This document shows positions 37,543 to 46,447 of a stretch of DNA of 64,000 nt, piece after piece (position 1 is the first letter of the stretch; each line of letters opens with the position of its first letter). The notes under the pieces were generated by a model. It saw only the letters and a program-made list of their open reading frames with translations, had not been told where the DNA came from and did no database searches. A program made the translations under genes and the position numbers. Source of the DNA: a virus; the IMG/VR virus record IMGVR_UViG_3300002062_000002; one strand, 5' to 3'.

Positions 37543-38529
37543 TTATTTGGTATAAACGTAATATTCGTGGGGGTTTATATTAACTAACAAGGACGATATA
37601 TTGTTTGAATGTAATATATCGTTAGCCTGGGCAACGAGCGTCTCGGGTTTGGCGGTATAAAAGTTAAATGATATATGACCTTCCAGGTTATTACTTTCAA
37701 TGGCCTGTGCGATGGCAACATCCAAATCAAGGTTCGGTATGGATGCCATCATTCTACGTACATCCCCGTCCGTTATAAGTCCTACCCTTCCATTTTTAAG
37801 GAGTATAAGACACAGACCCAGGCCGCGCTTGGTTATGACTTGTAGCATTGACCGTATGGGGTCACTATCTTTAACAATGGGTACTTTTGTTTTATTAAGG
37901 AGTGGGCCAATGGGAGAACTCAATGTGGCCGCGAGTTCTCCCGATGGGTGATTATCTAAAAACTTTGCTTCGGTTATACCACAGGCTTCTCCCACTGCCA
38001 CTGCAAGTGCATCACAGACAATCATTGTCAATATAGTTGACATGGTAGGAGCGAGGTTAAGTGTACATAACTCTTTGACATCAGGGAGAACAATCAAATG
38101 AGTGATCATGGATTTAAGTGGCGTGGTATCTGTAGCGGTTATCAATACCGACTGCACTCCACGATTAGTAACCGTTCGCAGTGCCGCGTAGAGTACGTCG
38201 CTCACACCGGACTTAGAAATAACAATGACCAGATCGTCTTCCGAAACGGCACCTAATGTTCCATGCATTGCGTCATGTGGACAGATAAAAAAGGCCGGGG
38301 TACCGTACGATGATAATGTCGATGCAAACTTACGCCCGACATCGCCCGATTTCCCAGTACCCATGATGATAATATTGCGCTTACGTTTTGTAGTATCCCC
38401 TATAGCCACCACAACCCGTGCCAGTATCAATTCTAGCTGAGGCAGCATTTCACCTAAGTCAGCTACGCCGTTTATGACATTGTGTATAGTGTTGAATATT
38501 ATGGTTGATGTATTTTTATATTTTGACAT
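37543..38529 (-). CDS. kdsD: Arabinose-5-phosphate isomerase KdsD/GutQ (SIS + CBS domains)
   Basis: GTGKSG, HG.LG, ISKSG, E.CTLNLAPT.ST, DALA, HPSG; CBS with GLITDGDVRR. Confidence 0.9.
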   Translation of the reverse strand: MSKYKNTSTIIFNTIHNVINGVADLGEMLPQLELILARVVVAIGDTTKRKRNIIIMGTGKSGDVGRKFASTLSSYGTPAFFICPHDAMHGTLGAVSEDDLVIVISKSGVSDVLYAALRTVTNRGVQSVLITATDTTPLKSMITHLIVLPDVKELCTLNLAPTMSTILTMIVCDALAVAVGEACGITEAKFLDNHPSGELAATLSSPIGPLLNKTKVPIVKDSDPIRSMLQVITKRGLGLCLILLKNGRVGLITDGDVRRMMASIPNLDLDVAIAQAIESNNLEGHISFNFYTAKPETLVAQANDILHSNNISSLLVNINPHEYYVYTK

Positions 38530-38731
38530 GGTCCTATTTTCTCTTTCGATTATTACGTTTTGATTTTTTGATCATTCTTTTTTTTATTTTTACTTACAGT
38601 TGGACGTGAATTACTTTTCCATACATTTAACCGGCGGGGGGAGGTGGTGGGCTCCACTGCCGATGATGTAAGGGCCATGGATGCCGCTAGTATACCCTGT
38701 AGTTGTGTGGTTGATTTTATATCGGACATGG

Positions 38732-38962
38732 TTATTTGCTCCCCCGTAGCTTGCGCCTGGCTTGTTCTTGTAGGCGTCTCTTTCGTTTTCTACGAGGAGT
38801 AGTAGCCGCCTCTTTATTCATTTTTTCGGCTGCCACTCGCCGTTCTTTTCGATTGCAGAGGTCACGGTGCTGTTGAATAAACGGCCATATTCCCGGATCA
38901 CCAATTGTAGATTCTTGTAGCTTAAGTACCTTTTCAATAAATGTAGTTTTAGACATCGACAA
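38732..38962 (-). CDS. Small basic protein
   Basis: 76 aa, Arg/Lys-rich C-terminus; SD AAAGGA. Confidence 0.55.
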   Translation of the reverse strand: MSMSKTTFIEKVLKLQESTIGDPGIWPFIQQHRDLCNRKERRVAAEKMNKEAATTPRRKRKRRLQEQARRKLRGSK

Positions 38963-39078
38963 ATAATCCTTTTAATGTTAGGGTTAAATTCCTTAGCGGG
39001 TCATGAAATAAGCATCTTGCGTTAAAAAAGTTTATTCGTATGAATTAATGTTATTTTATAAACGTGTGATATAAGGAT

Positions 39079-39405
39079 ATGATTGTGAGTGTAAGTATAC
39101 ATGCCGGTAAACGAATATGTGTTAGGTTAAACCTTATACACAATGGAAATATAATTCTCCCACGACACTTAGATGTGTTTGATATACACACACGACACGT
39201 CCGTACCGGGGACGGGTATACACCTGGCGGTAAGCCTCCACACTACCGGGTATGGTATTTAAAAGAAATACCTCTACGCCCCCCTGTAACCGCCATAGAC
39301 GGAGACGTTCTAGTTACAGATACCGATGCTATACTTACACTACAAGATGGTACGTGGTTTCCCATAGACACCGTTAACGCCATACCGGTCGGTCGGCAGA
39401 ATTAG
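39079..39405 (+). CDS. Hypothetical protein
   Basis: 108 aa with SD AAGGA, followed by a hairpin at 39402-39421. Confidence 0.55.
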   Translation: MIVSVSIHAGKRICVRLNLIHNGNIILPRHLDVFDIHTRHVRTGDGYTPGGKPPHYRVWYLKEIPLRPPVTAIDGDVLVTDTDAILTLQDGTWFPIDTVNAIPVGRQN

Positions 39406-39426
39406 GGGGTATTCCCCCTAATGTCA

Positions 39427-40362
39427 TTATCTACACTTATGTCCCCATATAACGTTTGCCCAACCTGGGTTATCTATAAAAGGGTTTCTATTCCCTTGCA
39501 AACTATAGATAACTTCATTCCGGCGTCGCTCAAAGTCAGTGGGGCCAAACATATTATTCCATTCTAATAGAATACATAGATTCCCCATGGTGGGTGCTTT
39601 TTTGTTATCAGTATGCGTCACCATTTTTAAATCGGGCCTACCAGCCCCAGACTTACCATTGTAGCGCACGGCCATATAAAATACCATTCTAGCCACCTGT
39701 CCCTTTGCAAAATTAGGAGGCTCGAAGCTATCATTATCTCGATTCACCTTAGCCGTGGTTTTTACCGATTTACCTACATCGATCTTATTGTGTACAGTAC
39801 GACCGCCCTCGGCAAAACCAAGGTATCCCCGTTGTCGATTCATGTCGCTATCTGCAGGACGGATATGATGTAGGTCAGTGTAACCCGCATGACTTTTTCG
39901 TATACCTCCTCGGGCCTTTGGCCATACGTGTTCGCGCTCCCATGTATTAGCGCCGTATGTACCACGATTGGCAAACTCTATACCTCGACTTTCATTTAAG
40001 TACAATAGACGTACTTTAGAACACCCCACCACGTCAGGACACGCACTGTCCGCCATTAACAGACCTTCCCATACATCAACGTCTTTACCGTCAGTCCAAT
40101 CTTTATTGTTAGAATTGGTATACTTTAATTCCACATGATCGTTAACAATATCATGTAACTTTGTTCGAAGTATATATCCCCGCAGTCCAATTGCTTCTTT
40201 GTAGTACTCATCCTTGTCGATAACCCGAGTATCATTAGCCTGTAGTACTCTCCCCATACCTGCCAGGGTGATCATAATAAACAAAGCAATGGACATAGCT
40301 GAAGTTCGAATGAACTGCAATATACCGTTTTCGTCGTCTAATGTTTCGTTATATTTCTTCAT
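39427..40362 (-). CDS. Secreted endonuclease I family nuclease (EndA/Bsn-like)
   Basis: REHVWP, DLHHIRP, N.QRG, KGQVARMVFYMAVRY, ERRRN...QGNRNPFID; N-terminal hydrophobic signal. Confidence 0.92.
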   Translation of the reverse strand: MKKYNETLDDENGILQFIRTSAMSIALFIMITLAGMGRVLQANDTRVIDKDEYYKEAIGLRGYILRTKLHDIVNDHVELKYTNSNNKDWTDGKDVDVWEGLLMADSACPDVVGCSKVRLLYLNESRGIEFANRGTYGANTWEREHVWPKARGGIRKSHAGYTDLHHIRPADSDMNRQRGYLGFAEGGRTVHNKIDVGKSVKTTAKVNRDNDSFEPPNFAKGQVARMVFYMAVRYNGKSGAGRPDLKMVTHTDNKKAPTMGNLCILLEWNNMFGPTDFERRRNEVIYSLQGNRNPFIDNPGWANVIWGHKCR

Positions 40363-40387
40363 GGTCGTAATTCCTTTTATTTTATAG

Positions 40388-41017
40388 TTACTGTTTTAAG
40401 TTATCCCAGTAGTCATCGAGTAACGCACCTGTAATATGTTCATAGTACCCTGTAGAATCGGCCAACTCCACATGAAACTCTAAAACAATGGTTACGGCTA
40501 GACCTGAGTTATCTAGATTGGCAATATCTTTACGTTTAACAATATAACGACGTAACCCACCGGCCATCGTTACCGAGGTTGTTTTATCCGGCCACGTGTT
40601 GTGTATTAATGTAGTGAATACCATATCGGCGCGTGGATAGAAAAGGTCGTATACCTTTCCACCGCCGATGATAATAAAGTCTCGTTCACCAAAGTAATTG
40701 CACAATTCCGTGACATTAGGAACGTAATAATTATTTCCGGTAGGTGTTACCTCACGTACTTTACTGGTTAGTATAGCAAACGTGCGAGTGGGGTCATTTA
40801 TTACCTTTTGGGGTAACGTGTCATATGTTGTTTTCCCCACTACTAAGACGGCGGCACCGAATGACGTGGTTACCCTATTAAACCATTTTAGATCGGAAGG
40901 GAAGGACCTACCCCAAGGCATGTCCTTCCCTTTACCGATCTCACCATTGCGGCCATGTGCCACAATAAGCACAATCTTCCCCGGGTATCCCGCCAATGTT
41001 TTTTCTATAGTATCCAT
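40388..41017 (-). CDS. folA: Dihydrofolate reductase
   Basis: IVAHGRNGEIG..MPW..PSDLKWF, VGKTTY, IIGGGKVY. Confidence 0.87.
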   Translation of the reverse strand: MDTIEKTLAGYPGKIVLIVAHGRNGEIGKGKDMPWGRSFPSDLKWFNRVTTSFGAAVLVVGKTTYDTLPQKVINDPTRTFAILTSKVREVTPTGNNYYVPNVTELCNYFGERDFIIIGGGKVYDLFYPRADMVFTTLIHNTWPDKTTSVTMAGGLRRYIVKRKDIANLDNSGLAVTIVLEFHVELADSTGYYEHITGALLDDYWDNLKQ

Positions 41018-41047
41018 TGTCCTTTTTTCCTTTAGGTGTAATAATTG

Positions 41048-42154
41048 TTATATTGTATCTTTGGGGTAATGTGCACCCGCCGTCACGTTGCCAGGGTGAC
41101 ACGCCGTTACGAATCCAACCGACTGCGTATTAGGAATAACCCGTACGTCAAATTGAGACATCGGCGTATTCGATACTAAAAACCATTCTTCTATCTTACC
41201 GGTCAATGTATTGACAATGGCAATGCCCCGTAGCTCGTCTTCCCCACTTTCTTTAAGTCGCTTTCCCACCGTTATCATATCACGCTTAGAAGGTACAATA
41301 GAACTTAATGCGGTAACCACATAATCTCCTATAAAATCAACCCCTCTACCGAAACCCGGGAGTTCTGCTACATTAGCATATTCTTTTGTAGCAATGTCAA
41401 CATAACTTAAATATCCTTCACTGGAATGTATAAACCATATCTTACCATCTTTAACCCTGGGGGAGTGGGGCATGTGTAAATTTGAAGCCATCACCTCACC
41501 AGTGTCAATATCAATAATACTCCCACTACCACGTAAGCCCCCAACGTGCAACCCCCCCAGTAAATCACCTTTCACACAAACGGAGGCATACTTGGGTTTA
41601 CCGTCCACCATTGCCATGCCGTTAAGATGACATCTATCTCCAAACGAGATTGACGATATATACGGCGGCTTCCAATATGGAACAAAGTCATATTCTTCAC
41701 TGGTGGTGCAAATGCAATTATAAATGGTATTAATAAAATAGAGGGTACCATCATCCCCCACGGCGATTTCATGTACATCCGAGCTAGACACCATATGTTT
41801 CTGCTTAAGGCGATACGCTTTATCGTAAGTATCGAGTGGGGTATCCTTAAACTGTACTATTGTATCAAACTCTGCCACGTACAAATCTCCGTTTGGGGCA
41901 AAACAACATCCAGTAGATGAGTCTAGATAATTTACATCCAACATTAACTTATTGTCACGATTACGTGAAATTAAAATTACGGCTCCGGTTTGGTAGGAAG
42001 TACTTACCAATGAGCAATTATGTTTAATCAGCCAAGACATAAACCCAGATGAGTGACTAGGTTTTAAATTTAGGGCAGTGGCCTCTCCTTCTTTTTTTGT
42101 TGAATACGTTCCGCCATATTTTCGGGCTTTATTTACTTTCTTGTGTAGTGCCAT
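41048..42154 (-). CDS. TIGR03032/DUF4915 family beta-propeller protein
   Basis: WL.....SL..TSYQTG, HEI, FINT, WKPPYIS, DRCHLNG, MPHSPR, PGFGRG. Confidence 0.85.
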   Translation of the reverse strand: MALHKKVNKARKYGGTYSTKKEGEATALNLKPSHSSGFMSWLIKHNCSLVSTSYQTGAVILISRNRDNKLMLDVNYLDSSTGCCFAPNGDLYVAEFDTIVQFKDTPLDTYDKAYRLKQKHMVSSSDVHEIAVGDDGTLYFINTIYNCICTTSEEYDFVPYWKPPYISSISFGDRCHLNGMAMVDGKPKYASVCVKGDLLGGLHVGGLRGSGSIIDIDTGEVMASNLHMPHSPRVKDGKIWFIHSSEGYLSYVDIATKEYANVAELPGFGRGVDFIGDYVVTALSSIVPSKRDMITVGKRLKESGEDELRGIAIVNTLTGKIEEWFLVSNTPMSQFDVRVIPNTQSVGFVTACHPGNVTAGAHYPKDTI

Positions 42155-42169
42155 TGTAGATACCAGTCA

Positions 42170-43255
42170 TTATTTAGCTACGGGGTAGCGTATAGGGGGA
42201 TGTGGGTTATAATCTACAAACTCCACGTCGCTTGCTTTAAAATCAAATACGCCATTTGGCTTTCTTCGCCACTTTAACGTTGGTAGGGGTCGAGGCTCGC
42301 GTTTAATTTGTTCTTCCGCCTGGGTAACGTGGTTAAAGTATATATGGGTATCGCCAGTAGAATGTATATACTTACCAATAGCAAAGTTAAGTTGATCTTG
42401 TAATAAATGCGTTAGGACAGAATAGAATGCAATGTTAGAAGGTGTACCCACCATATAGTCTTGTGACCGTGCATATAGCTTACACGACAGAGATCTTCTA
42501 GGAATATGTAATTTATCCAATGCAGAGTGGGCTTTAATAATTTCTGGATCGGAGTCTAGGTCAACTAACACACGTTCTGATGCAGGTAAGTTAATGTAGT
42601 CCATTTCTTTTATACCCACATCCACATCAATAAGCTGATGTACCAAATCCCCATTAAATCCCATGGTATTACTAGCGTACTCCATTCTTTCGGTCACGCT
42701 TAGTACGTCTGTATAGAATTGAAATAACGTGTGGCAGTATGCTAAACAGGCCTTGCCATTTTTTACGTTATCTTCCGGGCTTATTCTATCGTCGGGTAAA
42801 AATGACGGGTTCCAGGCCGTGACTACTTGACGACGAGAATCGGGGTTTTCGGTTAACGTATCTATGATAGATTGTATCTGATTTATAGTAGTACCGTCGC
42901 CGTTCGGCCAGTTGGTCCACATCTCAGAGTAAATGGGACCGAGATCCCCAACGTGTATGTCATTTTGAATGTCACGTGGACTGGTATCTTTGACGGCCCA
43001 CTGAGACCAGAAATTACACCCTGCGGTTTTAAAGTCTTCATTATTTGTTTTTCCAGTTAGTAAACACTCAAGTTCGGCCAGAACTCCCTTGGTGTACATT
43101 TGTCTATCGGTTAACAGCGGAAAGCCCTCGGTTAGATCGTACACTGTTTCTGTACCAAAGATATTAAGTGTCCCCGTTCCTGTGCGTTCTCGATCAACGC
43201 CCTTTGCTTTACCGCGGGCTAGAATTGCGCGTACTACACGATTGTAATTTTCCAT
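42170..43255 (-). CDS. thyA: Thymidylate synthase (dUMP-specific type)
   Basis: RTGTGT, LGPIY, SRR, CHTLFQF, RSQD..VG.PSNIAFY, HIYFNH. Confidence 0.95.
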   Translation of the reverse strand: MENYNRVVRAILARGKAKGVDRERTGTGTLNIFGTETVYDLTEGFPLLTDRQMYTKGVLAELECLLTGKTNNEDFKTAGCNFWSQWAVKDTSPRDIQNDIHVGDLGPIYSEMWTNWPNGDGTTINQIQSIIDTLTENPDSRRQVVTAWNPSFLPDDRISPEDNVKNGKACLAYCHTLFQFYTDVLSVTERMEYASNTMGFNGDLVHQLIDVDVGIKEMDYINLPASERVLVDLDSDPEIIKAHSALDKLHIPRRSLSCKLYARSQDYMVGTPSNIAFYSVLTHLLQDQLNFAIGKYIHSTGDTHIYFNHVTQAEEQIKREPRPLPTLKWRRKPNGVFDFKASDVEFVDYNPHPPIRYPVAK

Positions 43256-43266
43256 TTGGTCTGTCC

Positions 43267-43680
43267 TTAAAAAAAAAAGTGATATATTTTTGGTGGAGTT
43301 AATTCACTTACTTCAGATACCTTAGCCCGTTCCGTTTCACTTGCGATCTCAGCGTGACACGCTTCCATTGTTGAAGGTTGTCTAGATAGCCGGGCGGTGG
43401 TTTCTGGAGTAACTGCCTTTAGAGTAATGTACTCTAGAGCCTGTATGACTTGACAGAAGTCATCTACTTTATCGGGGTAGCGTAAGTGATTACCTACAAG
43501 CCGCCCCTCCACAATATGCATGCGTAAAGTGGGCTGAATATTATTGGTCCAAAATATCACCTCAATGGTGTTTGTTTTTAATGTATCTTTAAACAAAGCC
43601 CGCCACACTTCATTGAGTGGCATCATGGTTTCTATTTCTTCTTTTGAGCCGTCACATTTTTCTACCTTAACCGTAAACAT
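43267..43680 (-). CDS. Hypothetical protein
   Basis: 137-aa ORF ending in a T10 run. Confidence 0.55.
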   Translation of the reverse strand: MFTVKVEKCDGSKEEIETMMPLNEVWRALFKDTLKTNTIEVIFWTNNIQPTLRMHIVEGRLVGNHLRYPDKVDDFCQVIQALEYITLKAVTPETTARLSRQPSTMEACHAEIASETERAKVSEVSELTPPKIYHFFF

Positions 43681-44126
43681 AGTTTTTTTCCTTTTAGATA
43701 TCGTTTTATTCTAACAAACCAACTGCATTTAATGCAATCAATTTTTCGTCGCTCGTATTCCAATTCCTGCAATATGCATAGGGGAGAATCGCCTTTAAGG
43801 TATCTCATGTCAATTGGCATGGGATGTGGTCCAATGTAGTGAGCGTTTTGGCTATTCGCTATTATTGGTTGTGTTGTCTCCATTTTTTCATTTGGGCGAA
43901 AGAATGAAAAATGTGTCTTTAGTACGCTGGCAGATGGGACCTCGGTCCACCAAACTGTCGTCGTGCTAGTAAACTTCCCCACTTTACGATAACTGCGCTT
44001 TTCCATCCAATGGGTTATTTCTTTCTGTAGGCGTATACCCTCCTTTACATGTTGTATATTGGATGTTAATATCTCACACCGGTTTTCTACTATTGTATTC
44101 ATGTTGGTCCTTTTATGGTCATACAT
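43662..44126 (-). CDS. Hypothetical protein, first gene after an early-type promoter
   Basis: Likely start MNTIV with SD AAAAGGA; motif CTCACACCTATATTATTTTGATG at 44150-44172. Confidence 0.55.
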   Translation of the reverse strand: MYDHKRTNMNTIVENRCEILTSNIQHVKEGIRLQKEITHWMEKRSYRKVGKFTSTTTVWWTEVPSASVLKTHFSFFRPNEKMETTQPIIANSQNAHYIGPHPMPIDMRYLKGDSPLCILQELEYERRKIDCIKCSWFVRIKRYLKGKKLCLRLR

Positions 44127-44195
44127 TATATAATTTTAATTATGTCGTGCATCAAAATAATATAGGTGTGAGTATTTTTTATATGAAACCAATGA

Positions 44196-46370
44196 CTAAC
44201 AGTAAAATATATTACCATTAACTGGACTTGGAGTGTGCTTGACATTATAAGTAGGGGTAGTATTTTTTGTATTCTTATCGCGTGCTTCCTTTGCCTGTTC
44301 CATCAGATCATCAAAAGTAACCACGGTGCCGCCATCGTGTTCTGTTAGTGAGGCAAGGTGCTTTATCTCTGCTTCCTTTTTCACTTGATGAAATGCATCC
44401 GTGGTGTTTGACAACTCTTCCTTGATTGCTTCGATAGCTTGACGCAACCGTTTTTGATTTGCCTGCTCCATAACCCGTTCCTCTGTCATAGGCTTACCGT
44501 CTGTCCCGGCCAATCGCATGCAATCTCGACTGTCTATATCGTAATACTGTTTACCCTTAGCGTTAACAATAAACCAACCACACAACAACCACGCAATAAC
44601 CAAATCATCATTCCCCGATGCAGTGTGGTCAATTCTCCCATTTTTTACTACCAATGCTCGAATCTGACTAGATAAAATAGAACACCGCACTACGCCACCT
44701 CCCCGTTTAGCCAATAGCGGTAGGATGTTAACATACAGATCTCTCCGTAGATTAGCGTCGGTAGAAAACCCAAATTTAGTTTTTATGCCCTCGTAGAAAA
44801 AAGCATCTCTAGCTGATAGGGGTACCGATAGTAGCGCTCGCGCTTTTGCATCGGAAGAAGCCTCTTCTACTATTTTATTGTACACTCGGGTAAACGGATC
44901 AATGCCATGTATGGGTAAGTTAATTAATAACGTCTCTATGAAAATAATGCCACTCGACTTACGTTCAATGATAACGGTAGTATTCTTATACTTTACCATA
45001 AACTCAACGCAGTATAGTGCCAATGAAATAATATACGACTCGTTAATGGCCATGGTGGCTACTACCGACAAATCCGCTATGTTTTTTACAACTAAGGCAG
45101 TATCATCTCGCCCAACCAACTCGGATGTATCTAATCCGATCACTAAGCTGTTTGACGCCATGTAACTTTCTATTTCTTCTTCAGGGATAAGCCAATTAAT
45201 AATATACCCTTCGGAGGATATCTCGGTATGTGCATATTCTATCTCAGATTCCCGAATACGATTATTCAATTTAGTGGAAAGGGGTGACCGTAAAGTACCA
45301 CTGGTCCACACATTAAAAAAGTCTCGGTCGGCCTCGTCACCTTTTGCGTTGGTTATTTCTAATGTTTCATGTAACCACGCATCGTCCTTTCCCACTTGTC
45401 TGTGTGAAAACGTACCATTAATAATGGGTTTTTTGCCTCTAGATTGCTTTCTAACAATAGCAATCAATGACTCCTTATCGTTTAGGTCAAGAAAACTTTC
45501 ATTCCACAATGCCCCACCATGGATAAGGTCGTACATATACTTCCCATCACGATCATCCTTTTTACCGGCGGTTGTAGTAAATATATTACCGCAGGGCATG
45601 TTGTTACGGAGCGCTTCTTCCCTAGCGGCGATGGTGGACGCTAACATAGCTGGGATGATGGTACCTATAAACTTAACAAAAGGACCCTCGTCCACATGTA
45701 TAATGGGTGAGGTTAGTCCCCTACCCACATTCAATGCGGCACTCTCAGAGGTTTGTGCTACCGAGGTAGTGTATTTATTACCCCGTCTATTGTACGTTAT
45801 CTGTTGTTGGTTGTCGGAGTCTTTATCGTTAAGTCTAAGGTACGGGGGCACTAATGCAATAATATTTTTTAAGCGTTCTACGTTTTTAACGCGCAGACTA
45901 TTGTCTTTTGTTAACATATTTATTTCGGAGTTTGCCAACATAAATAAAATTAACTGCACTTCCAATATATCGGTACCCAGGGACTTACCCAACTGACGCG
46001 GCATAATTAATGCAAAGTCTACATTATTAAAAAAAGAAAAATACAATGCCACATTGGCCCTATTAAATAAATATACCCCGGGGTCTTTACCTGCTTGCGC
46101 GGGCACCCTAGCCACCTCTCTAAAGAAGTACCAGGGGTTAATCTCACATTCTAAAGCAATTCTTTCTTTATTCTCACTACTTAGATTGGGACTATGGGGA
46201 TCTACGCCCTGTAGTTCTGGTTGAGTCAGTGCCAGATGAAAGTAATAGTTCTTTACTCCCATCTTTTTGTACACTCCGGCTAACTGTAGCGCGGATACAT
46301 TCTTTGTTTTTGTGTCTACGATGGCAGTGGGGTACGTTCCCCAATCTTTTGGAAATAATATCATCGCCAT
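44196..46370 (-). CDS. terL: Terminase large subunit (phiKZ gp25-like)
   Basis: PRQLGKS (Walker A), IHVDEG (Walker B), TTTAG, GLDTSE, DDLVIAW. Confidence 0.95.
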   Translation of the reverse strand: MAMILFPKDWGTYPTAIVDTKTKNVSALQLAGVYKKMGVKNYYFHLALTQPELQGVDPHSPNLSSENKERIALECEINPWYFFREVARVPAQAGKDPGVYLFNRANVALYFSFFNNVDFALIMPRQLGKSLGTDILEVQLILFMLANSEINMLTKDNSLRVKNVERLKNIIALVPPYLRLNDKDSDNQQQITYNRRGNKYTTSVAQTSESAALNVGRGLTSPIIHVDEGPFVKFIGTIIPAMLASTIAAREEALRNNMPCGNIFTTTAGKKDDRDGKYMYDLIHGGALWNESFLDLNDKESLIAIVRKQSRGKKPIINGTFSHRQVGKDDAWLHETLEITNAKGDEADRDFFNVWTSGTLRSPLSTKLNNRIRESEIEYAHTEISSEGYIINWLIPEEEIESYMASNSLVIGLDTSELVGRDDTALVVKNIADLSVVATMAINESYIISLALYCVEFMVKYKNTTVIIERKSSGIIFIETLLINLPIHGIDPFTRVYNKIVEEASSDAKARALLSVPLSARDAFFYEGIKTKFGFSTDANLRRDLYVNILPLLAKRGGGVVRCSILSSQIRALVVKNGRIDHTASGNDDLVIAWLLCGWFIVNAKGKQYYDIDSRDCMRLAGTDGKPMTEERVMEQANQKRLRQAIEAIKEELSNTTDAFHQVKKEAEIKHLASLTEHDGGTVVTFDDLMEQAKEARDKNTKNTTPTYNVKHTPSPVNGNIFYC

Positions 46371-46413
46371 GTCCTCCCACGGTTGATTTCATAGAATACG
46401 TATTATTCAGAAT

Positions 46414-46437
46414 AAAAAAGAGGGTCGCCCCTCTTTT
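46414..46437 (-). terminator. Intrinsic terminator
   Basis: AAAAGAGGG-GCGA-CCCTCTTTTTT on minus. Confidence 0.75.
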
Positions 46438-46447
46438 AATGGTAGTG

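Noticed and set aside
42170-43255. ThyA as a possible base-modification enzyme; long internal insert
   Set aside because: It keeps the Asn of dUMP-specific enzymes (PSNIAFY) and sits with DHFR and dCMP deaminase; the insert has no intein termini.
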